24,000 bases of DNA from Gammaproteobacteria bacterium (GCA_027009375.1 JALVDE010000335.1:1-24000); one strand, 5' to 3'; shown: positions 1 through 8,326, numbered from the stretch's first letter. Notes: generated by a model from the letters alone, not told the origin. Translations and numbers: made by a program.

Positions 1-10
1 GTGATTGAAA

Positions 11-73
11 GCGTTCAGCGTTCAGCGTTCAGCGTTCAGCGTTCAGCGTTCAGCGTTCAGCGTTCAGCGTTCA
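11..73. repeat. Perfect heptanucleotide tandem repeat (GCGTTCA) x9
   Basis: Direct reading: gcgttca repeated nine times without interruption from 11 to 73, plus one extra g at 74. Plus-strand frame 1 is open from base 1 to a TGA at 109-111, so the repeat may lie in the 3' end of a CDS entering from upstream. Confidence 0.95.
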
Positions 74-153
74 GAAAGAGCTTAGCTGTTTTTTTTAGAG
101 ATAATTTCTGATAACCATTAAATAATTCACTCAAAAATAACCGGCAATAAAAA

Positions 154-186
154 AGCCCCGAACAGACTGCTCTGTCGGGGCTTTTT
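154..186. terminator. Bidirectional rho-independent terminator (downstream of grxD, and of any plus-strand gene entering from the left)
   Basis: GC-rich hairpin agccccgaacaga-ctgc-tctgtcggggct (about 11 bp stem with one bulge). It is flanked by an A-run on the left (aataaaaaa) and a T-run on the right (ttttt), so it reads as stem plus U-tract on both strands. Confidence 0.7.
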
Positions 187-205
187 AAGTTCAAAAAGCA
201 GATAG

Positions 206-550
206 TTATTCTGCTTTTTCAGCACCTTCTTTTGAAGCAGCAACGGCTTCTTCACACATTTTTTTCAGTTCACCGCTCTGGAACATTTCCAGGGTAATGT
301 CACAGCCGCCAATCAGTTCGTGATTGATGTAAATCTGCGGGAACGTCGGCCAGTCGGCATAACGCGGCAGGTTTTCAAATATTTCCGGATCCTGCAGGAC
401 ATTAACATAGGCAAATTCAACACCGGTATTCATCAGTGCCTGTGCTGCACGGGATGAAAAGCCGCAGGATGGCATTTGCGGTGTGCCTTTCATAAAGATC
501 ACAATCGGGTTATTTTTTACGGCATCATCAATACGCTGCATTACATCCAT
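206..550 (-). CDS. grxD: Monothiol glutaredoxin, Grx4/GrxD family
   Basis: 114 aa with the CGFS active site (PSCGFS), WPTFPQ and GGCDI motifs. Collinear with E. coli GrxD as I recall it. AGGAG lies 8 nt upstream of the ATG at 550. Confidence 0.95.
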   Translation of the reverse strand: MDVMQRIDDAVKNNPIVIFMKGTPQMPSCGFSSRAAQALMNTGVEFAYVNVLQDPEIFENLPRYADWPTFPQIYINHELIGGCDITLEMFQSGELKKMCEEAVAASKEGAEKAE

Positions 551-685
551 AAATCGGGCTCCTGGTTTTAAATCGGATAAATTACATTAGTTAAATCTTA
601 TATGGGGCATAATATACCGGATTTCAATAAAAACCAAGTATTTTTGTATGTTAATTCCATTTTCAGTTCCCCTATTCTGTGGTCA

Positions 686-1438
686 TTAATGATTGTTAAG
701 GCTTTGAGATGACCATTTTTGAAGTACCCATGCTGATAGAGCACCCAATAATAGCCAGAAAATTCCATTAACAACACCGGTAGCGATCAAAAATTGGTGA
801 TGTAACTCTGTTAACTGTAGAACGACTTCAGGATCCATTTGCTTAAACGGGCTGCCCGTAATAGCAGGTGCCCCAATGAGATGAGGGATCAATAGAAAAA
901 AAACAGCAAATAATTTTTTTGCACCTGTAAGATAAAATAGTAACCCCAGTCCCGTTGCACTGGATATGACCGTAAATACCCACCAGATTTGACGAGCTTC
1001 AAGCGCTGCAGCCTGCATACCCGGTATTTCCGGGTGCAGGCCAAAAGAAGGTGCGATAAAAACCGAAAGATAGCCAGCCACACCCCAGACTATACCCTGC
1101 AATAAACTTACAGGTGTTTTTTTATACATACTGACCAGGTTCATCAAAGACAGCAATACAATTGCATAACCGATGCCAGACAGAATATTGGCTACCACCG
1201 TATAAAAAATTCGTTCTGCACCATCTTCTGGAGCCCACGCCTCTTCATCATGGTGATTATCACTCATTGTACCAGAACCAGAAGGGGTATGTTGATGCGA
1301 TTCCTGTTCAGTACTGCTTTCAAACTTTTCAGCCGCATAGATTATATCTGACACCTGAAACTGCTGTATAACACTGAATACAACACCCGCTATGATGCCC
1401 ACCAGAAGGGCACTAAAAATAATATTACGAAACAACAT
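686..1438 (-). CDS. cbtA: Predicted cobalt transporter subunit CbtA (multi-pass membrane protein with His-rich loop)
   Basis: 250 aa. It has an N-terminal TM helix followed by AEKFE, a His/acidic loop (HQHTPSGSG..DNHHDEE), and then several hydrophobic helices. It sits downstream of cbtB and the cbi operon, the usual CbtAB context. Confidence 0.8.
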   Translation of the reverse strand: MLFRNIIFSALLVGIIAGVVFSVIQQFQVSDIIYAAEKFESSTEQESHQHTPSGSGTMSDNHHDEEAWAPEDGAERIFYTVVANILSGIGYAIVLLSLMNLVSMYKKTPVSLLQGIVWGVAGYLSVFIAPSFGLHPEIPGMQAAALEARQIWWVFTVISSATGLGLLFYLTGAKKLFAVFFLLIPHLIGAPAITGSPFKQMDPEVVLQLTELHHQFLIATGVVNGIFWLLLGALSAWVLQKWSSQSLNNH

Positions 1439-1570
1439 AAAAGCTCTCTTTATCCGGGCAAAGCATCACCTGTAAAACAGGTAAGCCTGTAGCCGGTTGG
1501 TCACAGATTATTTTGTATTGCACAAAACAGCTCAAACAAAAATTTTATAACCGGTATAACATTAATTATT

Positions 1571-1768
1571 TTAGTGACAGGGGAATGCAAAGGTATGACG
1601 AGTATCATGGGCAGCATTGTGTGCTTCTGCAGTTGGTAAGAAACCGACAGCATAAAGAACAACCATACCCAATATAATAGCACCGGCTATTTGTGACAGT
1701 AGTGTCATAGATTTTGGTTGCAGCTCTGCCTTGCTTTCAGACAGGGGGTTCAGGGTTGTTGTTTTCAT
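1571..1768 (-). CDS. cbtB: Predicted cobalt transporter subunit CbtB (small single-TM protein)
   Basis: The C-terminus HNAAHDTRHTFAFPCH matches the CbtB signature (HDxRH..FPCH), preceded by one TM helix. I chose the ATG at 1768 (MKTTTLNP..., GGAG 10 nt upstream) rather than the ORF-track start at 1792. Confidence 0.8.
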   Translation of the reverse strand: MKTTTLNPLSESKAELQPKSMTLLSQIAGAIILGMVVLYAVGFLPTAEAHNAAHDTRHTFAFPCH

Positions 1769-1830
1769 TATAATATTACTCCGATATAGCACACATTATA
1801 TGTATACTGGTTAACTCAAGACTATTCACA

Positions 1831-1859
1831 ATTCTAATTGAGCGGTAAAAACTTGTAAA
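1831..1859 (-). promoter_or_regulatory. Candidate sigma70-type promoter for cbtBA (TTTACA-17 nt-TAGAAT on the minus strand)
   Basis: The minus strand reads TTTACA (1859..1854), a 17-nt spacer, then TAGAAT (1836..1831). This sits in the 112-nt gap between the cbiH stop and the cbtB start. Sequence match only. Confidence 0.3.
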
Positions 1860-1880
1860 GATCTACTGTCAAAACCTGAT

Positions 1881-3191
1881 TTACTGTCTGTGTACTTCGA
1901 TACTCATCAAGCGATTACCTTCAAAATCAGAAAAAACCCATTGAGTTTTACTGTCCGAAACCATCTCCCATACATGTTCAACCCTGTTTCGCTCAATTTC
2001 AACGTCCAAATTATTCACATTTAATGCAATAACATCCGGCGTGATAACACAACTGCTTTTATTTAACCTGGCTTTCAGTTCAACACCCCTGTAACTTATT
2101 TTCAAAATAAACGGCTGATTTTCCTCAATATTATTTAAAATATGTTCAAATTCAGTGATATCAGTAAGCTGTCTGACAGCCATTCCGTTAACCGGGCCGC
2201 TCTCCTGTTGCCATGCACTAAAAACCGATGCTTCTGTTGTATTAAAGTAGTCTGCTATTTCAGCAAATGAATGCTCAGGATGTTGTCTGGCATATTCAAT
2301 TACACAGTTATACCAGGAAGCCAGTCCCATATTCAGTGAACGCCCGGCCTTTTCACCTTCATGAATCTCCCCGGTTAGATCCTTATATTTATTGGCGTAG
2401 CCCCTTGGAGTGATCATAAGTTGTTCCTGCATAAAAGTGCTACTATTGCCAATGAGTACCGTGGACAACATACCGATATCACACTCAGACATTTTATCAA
2501 GAGTGGTGTACTGAATATTCTGTTTATGACGGTAGGCTGATTTAACAATTGCTACCGGTGTCTGTGCAGAGCGATAACGCAATAGTATTTTCTGAGCCTC
2601 TACAATCTGGCCGGTACGACGGCCACTTTTGGGGTTATATAAAGCAATAACAAAGTCACCCTTAGCCGCTGATTCAATACGACGGGCAATAACAGGCCAT
2701 GGTGTCAGCAGATCGGATAATGAAATAGAACAAAAATCATGGGTAAGCGGAGCACCCACCAGCGCAGCACATGCCGATAAGGCGGTTGTGCCTGGAACCA
2801 CTTCAACCTGAATAGAACTGTCCGGTGTCCAGCCGGACTGCAACAAAACTTCATAGGTAGGACCGGCCATCCCGTAGATCCCAATATCACCGGATGATAC
2901 CAGTGCAACCACTTTGCCCTGTTTGGCCTGGTCATAAGCTTCTATACAACGGTCAATTTCTTCAGTCATACCTTTTCGAATAACCTGTTTATCATCCAGT
3001 AAATCTTTAACCAGTCTGATATACGTACTATAGCCTATGACCACATCCGCCTTATTGATCACATCAAGTGCACGCTGTGTCATATGTTCACGGCTGCCAG
3101 GGCCAAAGCCGACCAGATAAATTTTTCCTGACACAGATGATGCTGAGGCCTCTGCAGTGGTTTTTATGGATTTCTGAGTATTTGATTGCAT
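1881..3191 (-). CDS. cbiH: Cobalt-factor III / precorrin-3B C17-methyltransferase (CbiH/CobJ) fused to an extra C-terminal ~160-aa ChuX/HutX-like domain
   Basis: The N-terminal ~270 aa is a tetrapyrrole methylase: KIYLVGFGPGS, VIGYSTY, SSGDIGIYGMAG, VPGTTA. At 436 aa the protein is far longer than a canonical ~240-aa CbiH. The C-terminal tail is described under findings. Confidence 0.9.
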   Translation of the reverse strand: MQSNTQKSIKTTAEASASSVSGKIYLVGFGPGSREHMTQRALDVINKADVVIGYSTYIRLVKDLLDDKQVIRKGMTEEIDRCIEAYDQAKQGKVVALVSSGDIGIYGMAGPTYEVLLQSGWTPDSSIQVEVVPGTTALSACAALVGAPLTHDFCSISLSDLLTPWPVIARRIESAAKGDFVIALYNPKSGRRTGQIVEAQKILLRYRSAQTPVAIVKSAYRHKQNIQYTTLDKMSECDIGMLSTVLIGNSSTFMQEQLMITPRGYANKYKDLTGEIHEGEKAGRSLNMGLASWYNCVIEYARQHPEHSFAEIADYFNTTEASVFSAWQQESGPVNGMAVRQLTDITEFEHILNNIEENQPFILKISYRGVELKARLNKSSCVITPDVIALNVNNLDVEIERNRVEHVWEMVSDSKTQWVFSDFEGNRLMSIEVHRQ

Positions 3192-3237
3192 ACAAGTTCT
3201 TTCTTTAAAGGTTAAGAGGTTATGGATTTTATACTAT

Positions 3238-3666
3238 TTATGAACGGAAGCGGGCAATGGAAACGGTTGCATTTCGATTATCAGCTCCACGGTATTTATG
3301 CTTTTCTATAATTAAGTCCTGCATTTGTGTCTGTGCTGATAATAAGGCAGCGGCTTCTGCAACGGCCGGTGTCCCCACAAATTTTCTCACCACTTCTGAA
3401 GGATTGGGCACCTGAACCACTGACAGTTCTCTGGCCGTATAAAAATCAATAGGCAAGTGATATTTTTTTGCAAAACTCAGCAGCCCAGGTTCATCGGATT
3501 TTTTATCAATACTGGCCAAAGTAATCACCTGGGCAAAGGCAAGCCCGCCCTTCTCCAGTGCCTGAAAAACGGCTGTTTCTATACTTTCCATCGGTGTATC
3601 CCGATCACAGCCGATACCAAGTACCACTGAAATTTCAGTGCTGGTTGACGGGGGGTCTATAGACAA
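3238..3666 (-). CDS. cbiG: CbiG C-terminal domain / CobE-like protein (second half of a split cbiG)
   Basis: VVLGIGCDRDT...IDKKSDEPGL...GTPAVAEAAALL is the CbiG_C/CobE pattern. It starts at TTG 3666 with GGAGGG 8 nt upstream. It overlaps the upstream cbiG fragment by 32 nt in a different frame. Confidence 0.75.
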   Translation of the reverse strand: MSIDPPSTSTEISVVLGIGCDRDTPMESIETAVFQALEKGGLAFAQVITLASIDKKSDEPGLLSFAKKYHLPIDFYTARELSVVQVPNPSEVVRKFVGTPAVAEAAALLSAQTQMQDLIIEKHKYRGADNRNATVSIARFRS

Positions 3667-4396
3667 TTAAACGTCCCTCCAGAGTTTTCCATAGTTCTTT
3701 TGATACCAGTGCATGTGTTACCCATAATACAGCAGCATAATTCTCCAGTTTCACATCGTGAAACTGTTTATACAAGTGAATGTTTTCAGGCAGTTTCTTT
3801 TTATAGGGCCACCAGTCAGTACTACCCGCTTCCTGTATAAATGCAATGGGCTCATCATTCACCACATGGGCGGCTACTTTAACCTGGTTCGCATGAGGAG
3901 CCTCCACTGTCCACCCCAGCTCCCTGCCCAGAATATCGACTGGCAATGTCTGACGAGCCTCTGAGGCTGTAGTATAAACAGGAGTCGCATTGAGATATTG
4001 AGCAACATCAGCTGCAAAAGCATTGGCTCCACCAATATGTCCGGATAAAACCGGTATCACAAACTGACCACAATCATCAATTACCACCACACCAGGATCT
4101 TCTCGCTTGGATTTTAAAAAAGGGGCCATTAAGCGAACAGCAGCTCCAATGGAAAAGACCAGTACCAGATAATCATACTCCTCGAATAACTGTCCCATAA
4201 GCAATTTGACGGGAGTCGTTATAGCTCTGGGGCTGTTTGCTGTTTCCGGAAAGTTCTCTTTAGAAGCAATAAATTTTTCTGCAAGAAAAACATCTGCATC
4301 AGGATAATATCCAGCCAGTTTTTTTACAATAGAGGTACCATGCAAAGTAATTGCCACCATGGCTATTCTGGTTTTATCAGCTTCAGAACTATTCAC
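3635..4396 (-). CDS. cbiG: CbiG N-terminal plus middle domains (cobalt-precorrin-5A hydrolase, first part of a split cbiG)
   Basis: 253 aa with IAMVAITLHG, LSGHIGGAN and the ending LIVYRPP, which normally precedes the GIGC segment of CbiG. The GTG start overlaps the cbiL stop as GTGA. The frame ends just after the C6 run. Confidence 0.8.
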   Translation of the reverse strand: MNSSEADKTRIAMVAITLHGTSIVKKLAGYYPDADVFLAEKFIASKENFPETANSPRAITTPVKLLMGQLFEEYDYLVLVFSIGAAVRLMAPFLKSKREDPGVVVIDDCGQFVIPVLSGHIGGANAFAADVAQYLNATPVYTTASEARQTLPVDILGRELGWTVEAPHANQVKVAAHVVNDEPIAFIQEAGSTDWWPYKKKLPENIHLYKQFHDVKLENYAAVLWVTHALVSKELWKTLEGRLIVYRPPVNQH

Positions 4397-5157
4397 TTTT
4401 TCTTTCCGCAGCCACGAATGATTTCACCATGTTCCCGGTGCGGGTTGTGAATAACCAGCAGTGAAAGGTAGTGTGGTCTGGTATGTCTAAGCGTTTGAAG
4501 ATCCGTTACAATTTTTTCATCCGGGGTCCCTGCTCGTTCAATAAAATAACTGCTCTGAAGTAACTGTTTCTGCTCCAGCAAATCAAGCAACTGTTCCATA
4601 ATGGGTTTTACTTTCATCAATACCAGAGTGTCAAAATCCTGCAGCATACGCTCAACAACCTTTACACCATAACCGGCTGGGATTACTGCCATTGTATCAT
4701 CGGCTTCAGTTAAAGGCTTGTTAACACAACTGGCGGCTGCCGCGAACGAAGTAACGCCTGCAATCACCCTGGTTTCCAGGGTCTCATCCAGGGCTTTTAC
4801 GGTACGGGCCAGGTGCCCGAAAGTAGAGTAGGTCGAGGCATCCCCCTCTACCAGAAAAACCGCATCTCGCCCGGATTTCAGAATTTCGATAACTGTCTCA
4901 GCAGCTTCCAGCCAGTACTTTGATAAAATTGCAATATCATGTGTCATGGGAAAGGCCAGCGCAAGTGCATCTTCCGGAACGTCCAGACCTGCCCGTTTAA
5001 CAATATCCAGTGCAAAACTTTCCGCACCTGTTTTTTTTACCGGATACAGCCATTGACAATGACTGTTCAGCACGGCCCAGGCTTCTCTGGTGATCAAACC
5101 TGGATCACCCGGCCCCAGAGAGGCAGCAATCAGCTTTCCTGTTTTTTTAGTTGCCAT
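4393..5157 (-). CDS. cbiL: Cobalt-factor II / precorrin-2 C20-methyltransferase
   Basis: 254 aa with KLIAASLGPGDPGLIT and VFLVEGDASTYSTF, a tetrapyrrole methylase fold typical of CbiL/CobI. Operon context supports the call. Confidence 0.9.
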   Translation of the reverse strand: MATKKTGKLIAASLGPGDPGLITREAWAVLNSHCQWLYPVKKTGAESFALDIVKRAGLDVPEDALALAFPMTHDIAILSKYWLEAAETVIEILKSGRDAVFLVEGDASTYSTFGHLARTVKALDETLETRVIAGVTSFAAAASCVNKPLTEADDTMAVIPAGYGVKVVERMLQDFDTLVLMKVKPIMEQLLDLLEQKQLLQSSYFIERAGTPDEKIVTDLQTLRHTRPHYLSLLVIHNPHREHGEIIRGCGKKK

Positions 5158-5186
5158 AAATTAATTTAAATCCTGATGGTTTACTG

Positions 5187-6509
5187 TTATTGTTTATTTT
5201 CGCCTATGGTCGCAGATACTATCCATACCGGATTATCTGCCTGCAAACGATTCATATTTAAAATAGGCTGACTATGAGCGGCCTGAATTTGTGTCAGCTG
5301 CCATGAAAAACCATACTTTTTCATTATATCCAGAGCTTCATGCAGATTTTCCAGAGTAATAAAGTTCATGACAAGAACACCGTTAGTTTTTATTTTATCA
5401 CAAACTAACTCAATAACTGCTTCCAGTTGCCCGGCGGAACCGCCAATAAATACAGCATCCGGTTCCGGCCAGTGTGCCATTTTTTCTGGTGCTTTGGCAC
5501 ACTCTATGGAATAATTATGAAGCTGCATTTTTTTTCTGTTATTATGAATCAACGCCAGATCATTACAATTTTTTTCAATCGCAAATACATATCCCTGCTC
5601 ACATAAGGAAGCGGCTTCAAGCCCAACCGAGCCTGAACCCGCACCAATATCCCAGACAATGCTTTTTTTATTCAGTTGCATTTTTGCCAGCACTACTGCT
5701 CTAATATCCCTTCGGGTAATCAGCCCTTTATCCGGTTTTCTTTGCTCATAAAAGTGATCCTCATAACCGAACAGCGGCTGCACTATAGGTGGTTTTATCC
5801 GTTCTATCACTAACAGGTTAGGTTGTTTATAGTGGCCTTCAGCAACCTCTTTAACAGACAGCCCCGTATTGATCCGCTCACCGGATTGCAGCAGGCATTC
5901 AAATACTGACAGTTCAAACTGTTCAGCCAGGTTTTCCAGCTGCATCATGTTTGCAATACGTTCCGGACTGTTATCCGGTGAAGTATAAACGGCCAGTAGA
6001 TCATGCTGAACAATATCCGTCAACAACCCATAAAGACCATGTTCCATACCACTGTCAATAGTCCACTCTCCAGCATCTGCAGTATGCACAGAACAGATTC
6101 GGGCTGTTTGCCATGCTTTACCCAGACGAGAAAAAGCAACTTGAACCATTGATAAGTTTGGATGTATCTGCAAAAGGTCATGAGGTATTTTTTTACTTAA
6201 AAAAGCCCCAATACCATGACAAAGGGGATCTCCGGTTGCCAGGACAATCACCCGCCTGTTTTGTTTCAAAGCCGTTTTGATTGTTTCTGGTAATCGTGTC
6301 AATTGCCCGGTTAAATCCATACGTTCAGCATCTGCACGGAAGTCATTATTAAACAACTGCATCGTTCGCCTGCCTGCAATCACCAGTTCTGCCTGCCTGA
6401 CTAATTGCAGCTCTGCTGCCGCCAGCCCCTGCATACCATTATCCAGCACGCCGATAATATGACAACGTCCGGAAAAAATACGGGGTTCCTGTTTGCTGCT
6501 GCCTGTCAT
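5187..6509 (-). CDS. cbiET: Bifunctional cobalt-precorrin-6B/7 C5,C15-methyltransferase and C12-decarboxylase (CbiE-CbiT fusion, CobL-like)
   Basis: 440 aa. The N-terminal half is a tetrapyrrole methylase (VLATGDPLCHGIG). The C-terminal half is a SAM-dependent methyltransferase with VWDIGAGSGSVGLEA and AVFIGGS. Confidence 0.9.
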   Translation of the reverse strand: MTGSSKQEPRIFSGRCHIIGVLDNGMQGLAAAELQLVRQAELVIAGRRTMQLFNNDFRADAERMDLTGQLTRLPETIKTALKQNRRVIVLATGDPLCHGIGAFLSKKIPHDLLQIHPNLSMVQVAFSRLGKAWQTARICSVHTADAGEWTIDSGMEHGLYGLLTDIVQHDLLAVYTSPDNSPERIANMMQLENLAEQFELSVFECLLQSGERINTGLSVKEVAEGHYKQPNLLVIERIKPPIVQPLFGYEDHFYEQRKPDKGLITRRDIRAVVLAKMQLNKKSIVWDIGAGSGSVGLEAASLCEQGYVFAIEKNCNDLALIHNNRKKMQLHNYSIECAKAPEKMAHWPEPDAVFIGGSAGQLEAVIELVCDKIKTNGVLVMNFITLENLHEALDIMKKYGFSWQLTQIQAAHSQPILNMNRLQADNPVWIVSATIGENKQ

Positions 6510-6514
6510 GTTAC

Positions 6515-7639
6515 TTACTCACTATCCAGCTCAAAACGTTTATTACCTTCAAAATCACAAATCATGATTTTTAAGGAAAACTGATGCTCATATTTGTCCA
6601 GCAGAGTTTTTCTGACTCGTCTGGCCAGATGGTAATAAAATTCATCTATCAGCCCCAGTTGTATCATTTGCTCACTGGCATATCTGGCGGTATCAGCTCG
6701 GGAAATATCATCAACTACATCTTCTGGAGCACCGGCTGCTCTGGCAATGTCTGCAACCAGAGTCATATTAACCGGATTTTTTCTGGCATGAGTAATGTTT
6801 TCACCCTGCGCCATTTTAGCCAGTTTGCCCACCATGGCACCAATAATAATCCGTCTGATACCATTATTAACACAGGTATCCAGAGCCACTTTTAAAAAGT
6901 CCCCCATCTGAACAAAGCAGACCGATGGTAACTCAGGCAATTCACGAATTACAAATTTTTCTGTGCGCCCTCCCGTTGTCAGCACAATAGTTTGCTGTTG
7001 TTGTTTCACCGCAACCTCAATGGACTGAATCACACTGGAACGAAAAGCCGCTGTTGACCACGGATGTACAATGCCGCTGGTACCCAATATAGAAATACCA
7101 TTGATAATACCCAGCCGCTCATTAAGGGTTCTTTTCGCCATTTTTTCACCCTCCGGTACAGATACCACCACTTTCATACCGTATTTTCGCAGCAAATCTG
7201 CCGCCACCTGCTGAATATTTTCTCTGATATTTTTCTGCGGTACCGGGTTTATGGCCGGCCCGTTGACTTTCAAACCCAGACCTTCCTGAGTCACCGTTCC
7301 TACACCGGGGCCGTTATCCAGAATAATTTTGCCCGCCATCTCTCTGATCAGATACAGATCAACAGTTAGTCTGGCCTTATCTGTTACGTCAGGGTCATCA
7401 CCCGCATCTTTAATAACAACGGCTCTGGCCTGCACTGGACTGATAATGTCACACTCAGCCACAGCAAAATTAACCTCTGTTCCATTAGGCAAACAACAGC
7501 AAACCGTATCCACAGGAGCCCCCTTAACAAGAGACAGAGCCGCTGCCCGTGCTGCGGCCGCTGTGCAGGCACCGGTAGTAAAACCTTTACGATTGCCTCT
7601 TTTTTTCCGATTAGATTTTTTTTTGGCAGCTTCAGGCAT
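6515..7639 (-). CDS. cbiD: Cobalt-precorrin-5B C1-methyltransferase
   Basis: 374 aa with RKGFTTGACTAAAARAA near the N-terminus and ILGTSGIVHPWS, both typical CbiD motifs. Confidence 0.9.
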   Translation of the reverse strand: MPEAAKKKSNRKKRGNRKGFTTGACTAAAARAAALSLVKGAPVDTVCCCLPNGTEVNFAVAECDIISPVQARAVVIKDAGDDPDVTDKARLTVDLYLIREMAGKIILDNGPGVGTVTQEGLGLKVNGPAINPVPQKNIRENIQQVAADLLRKYGMKVVVSVPEGEKMAKRTLNERLGIINGISILGTSGIVHPWSTAAFRSSVIQSIEVAVKQQQQTIVLTTGGRTEKFVIRELPELPSVCFVQMGDFLKVALDTCVNNGIRRIIIGAMVGKLAKMAQGENITHARKNPVNMTLVADIARAAGAPEDVVDDISRADTARYASEQMIQLGLIDEFYYHLARRVRKTLLDKYEHQFSLKIMICDFEGNKRFELDSE

Positions 7640-7666
7640 TACATATTATCCTGGTATGAGTGTTAC

Positions 7667-8326
7667 TCAGCCAATAGCCTGTGCCAACAGAGCATGTATT
7701 GCAGATACCACCAGTGTAGTTCCCCCTTTTCGACCCCGGGTAATAATCCAGGGTACTGATTGTAACTGAGCCAGGCTGTCTTTTGATTCGGCAGCCGAGA
7801 CAAAGCCAACTGGCATACCAATGATCAGTCCGGGTTTTATATTTTCTTCTTTTACCAGCCTGATCACTTCCAGCAGTGCAGTAGGTGCGTTACCAATTGC
7901 AATGACGGCCCCATCGAGCAAACCTTTTTCAGCCGCTTTGCGCATTGCCTGTACCGCCCGGGTTGTTGCCTGCTCTCTGGCCTGTTCAATAACATCCTCA
8001 TCACTGATAAACTGGTAGGTCTCAATACCAAAGTGTGCCAGCCTGGGTCTGGATAAACCGACACATATCATTTCCACATCGGCGATCACCGGACAGCCAT
8101 TTTTCAGAGCCTGAATACCGGCCACAACAGCTTCAGGATGAAAAGCCGTCAGGCCATTAAATTCAAAATCCGCAGTGGCATGGATCATACGTCGAACAAC
8201 CGGCCATTGCTCTGCCGTATAATTATGAGGCCCCGCCTCTTTATCAACGACATCAAAAGATGCATGCTCTATTTTCTGACCCTCACGGGTCATTTGTTCC
8301 ATTACATTATGTTGAGATTCAGCCAT
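7667..8326 (-). CDS. cbiC: Cobalt-precorrin-8 methylmutase (precorrin-8X methylmutase)
   Basis: 219 aa with RMIHATADFEF, IAIGNAPTAL and KPGLIIGMPVGFV, the CbiC/CobH pattern. Confidence 0.9.
   Translation of the reverse strand: MAESQHNVMEQMTREGQKIEHASFDVVDKEAGPHNYTAEQWPVVRRMIHATADFEFNGLTAFHPEAVVAGIQALKNGCPVIADVEMICVGLSRPRLAHFGIETYQFISDEDVIEQAREQATTRAVQAMRKAAEKGLLDGAVIAIGNAPTALLEVIRLVKEENIKPGLIIGMPVGFVSAAESKDSLAQLQSVPWIITRGRKGGTTLVVSAIHALLAQAIG

Noticed and set aside
11-73. Could the left-edge repeat be a CRISPR array?
   Set aside because: The units are 7 nt and contiguous with no spacers, and no cas genes are nearby. It is a microsatellite, not a CRISPR array.
1501-1683. 60-aa ORF overlapping cbtB in another frame, together with similar small ORFs at 889-1083, 1162-1371 and 8302-8520.
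   Set aside because: They overlap better-supported genes or short gaps, have odd composition (Cys/Leu/Phe-rich), and lack SD sequences.
7329-7769. 146-aa plus-strand ORF antisense to cbiD/cbiC. Similar long antisense ORFs occur at 14043-14414, 6584-6895, 7064-7369, 9398-9721, 12526-12786, 16788-17003 and 23055-23462.
   Set aside because: Each lies entirely inside a well-supported gene on the opposite strand. Their composition is low-complexity (Ala/Ser/Pro/Cys-rich), typical of the mirror frame of GC-rich codons, and they have no recognisable motifs or start context.
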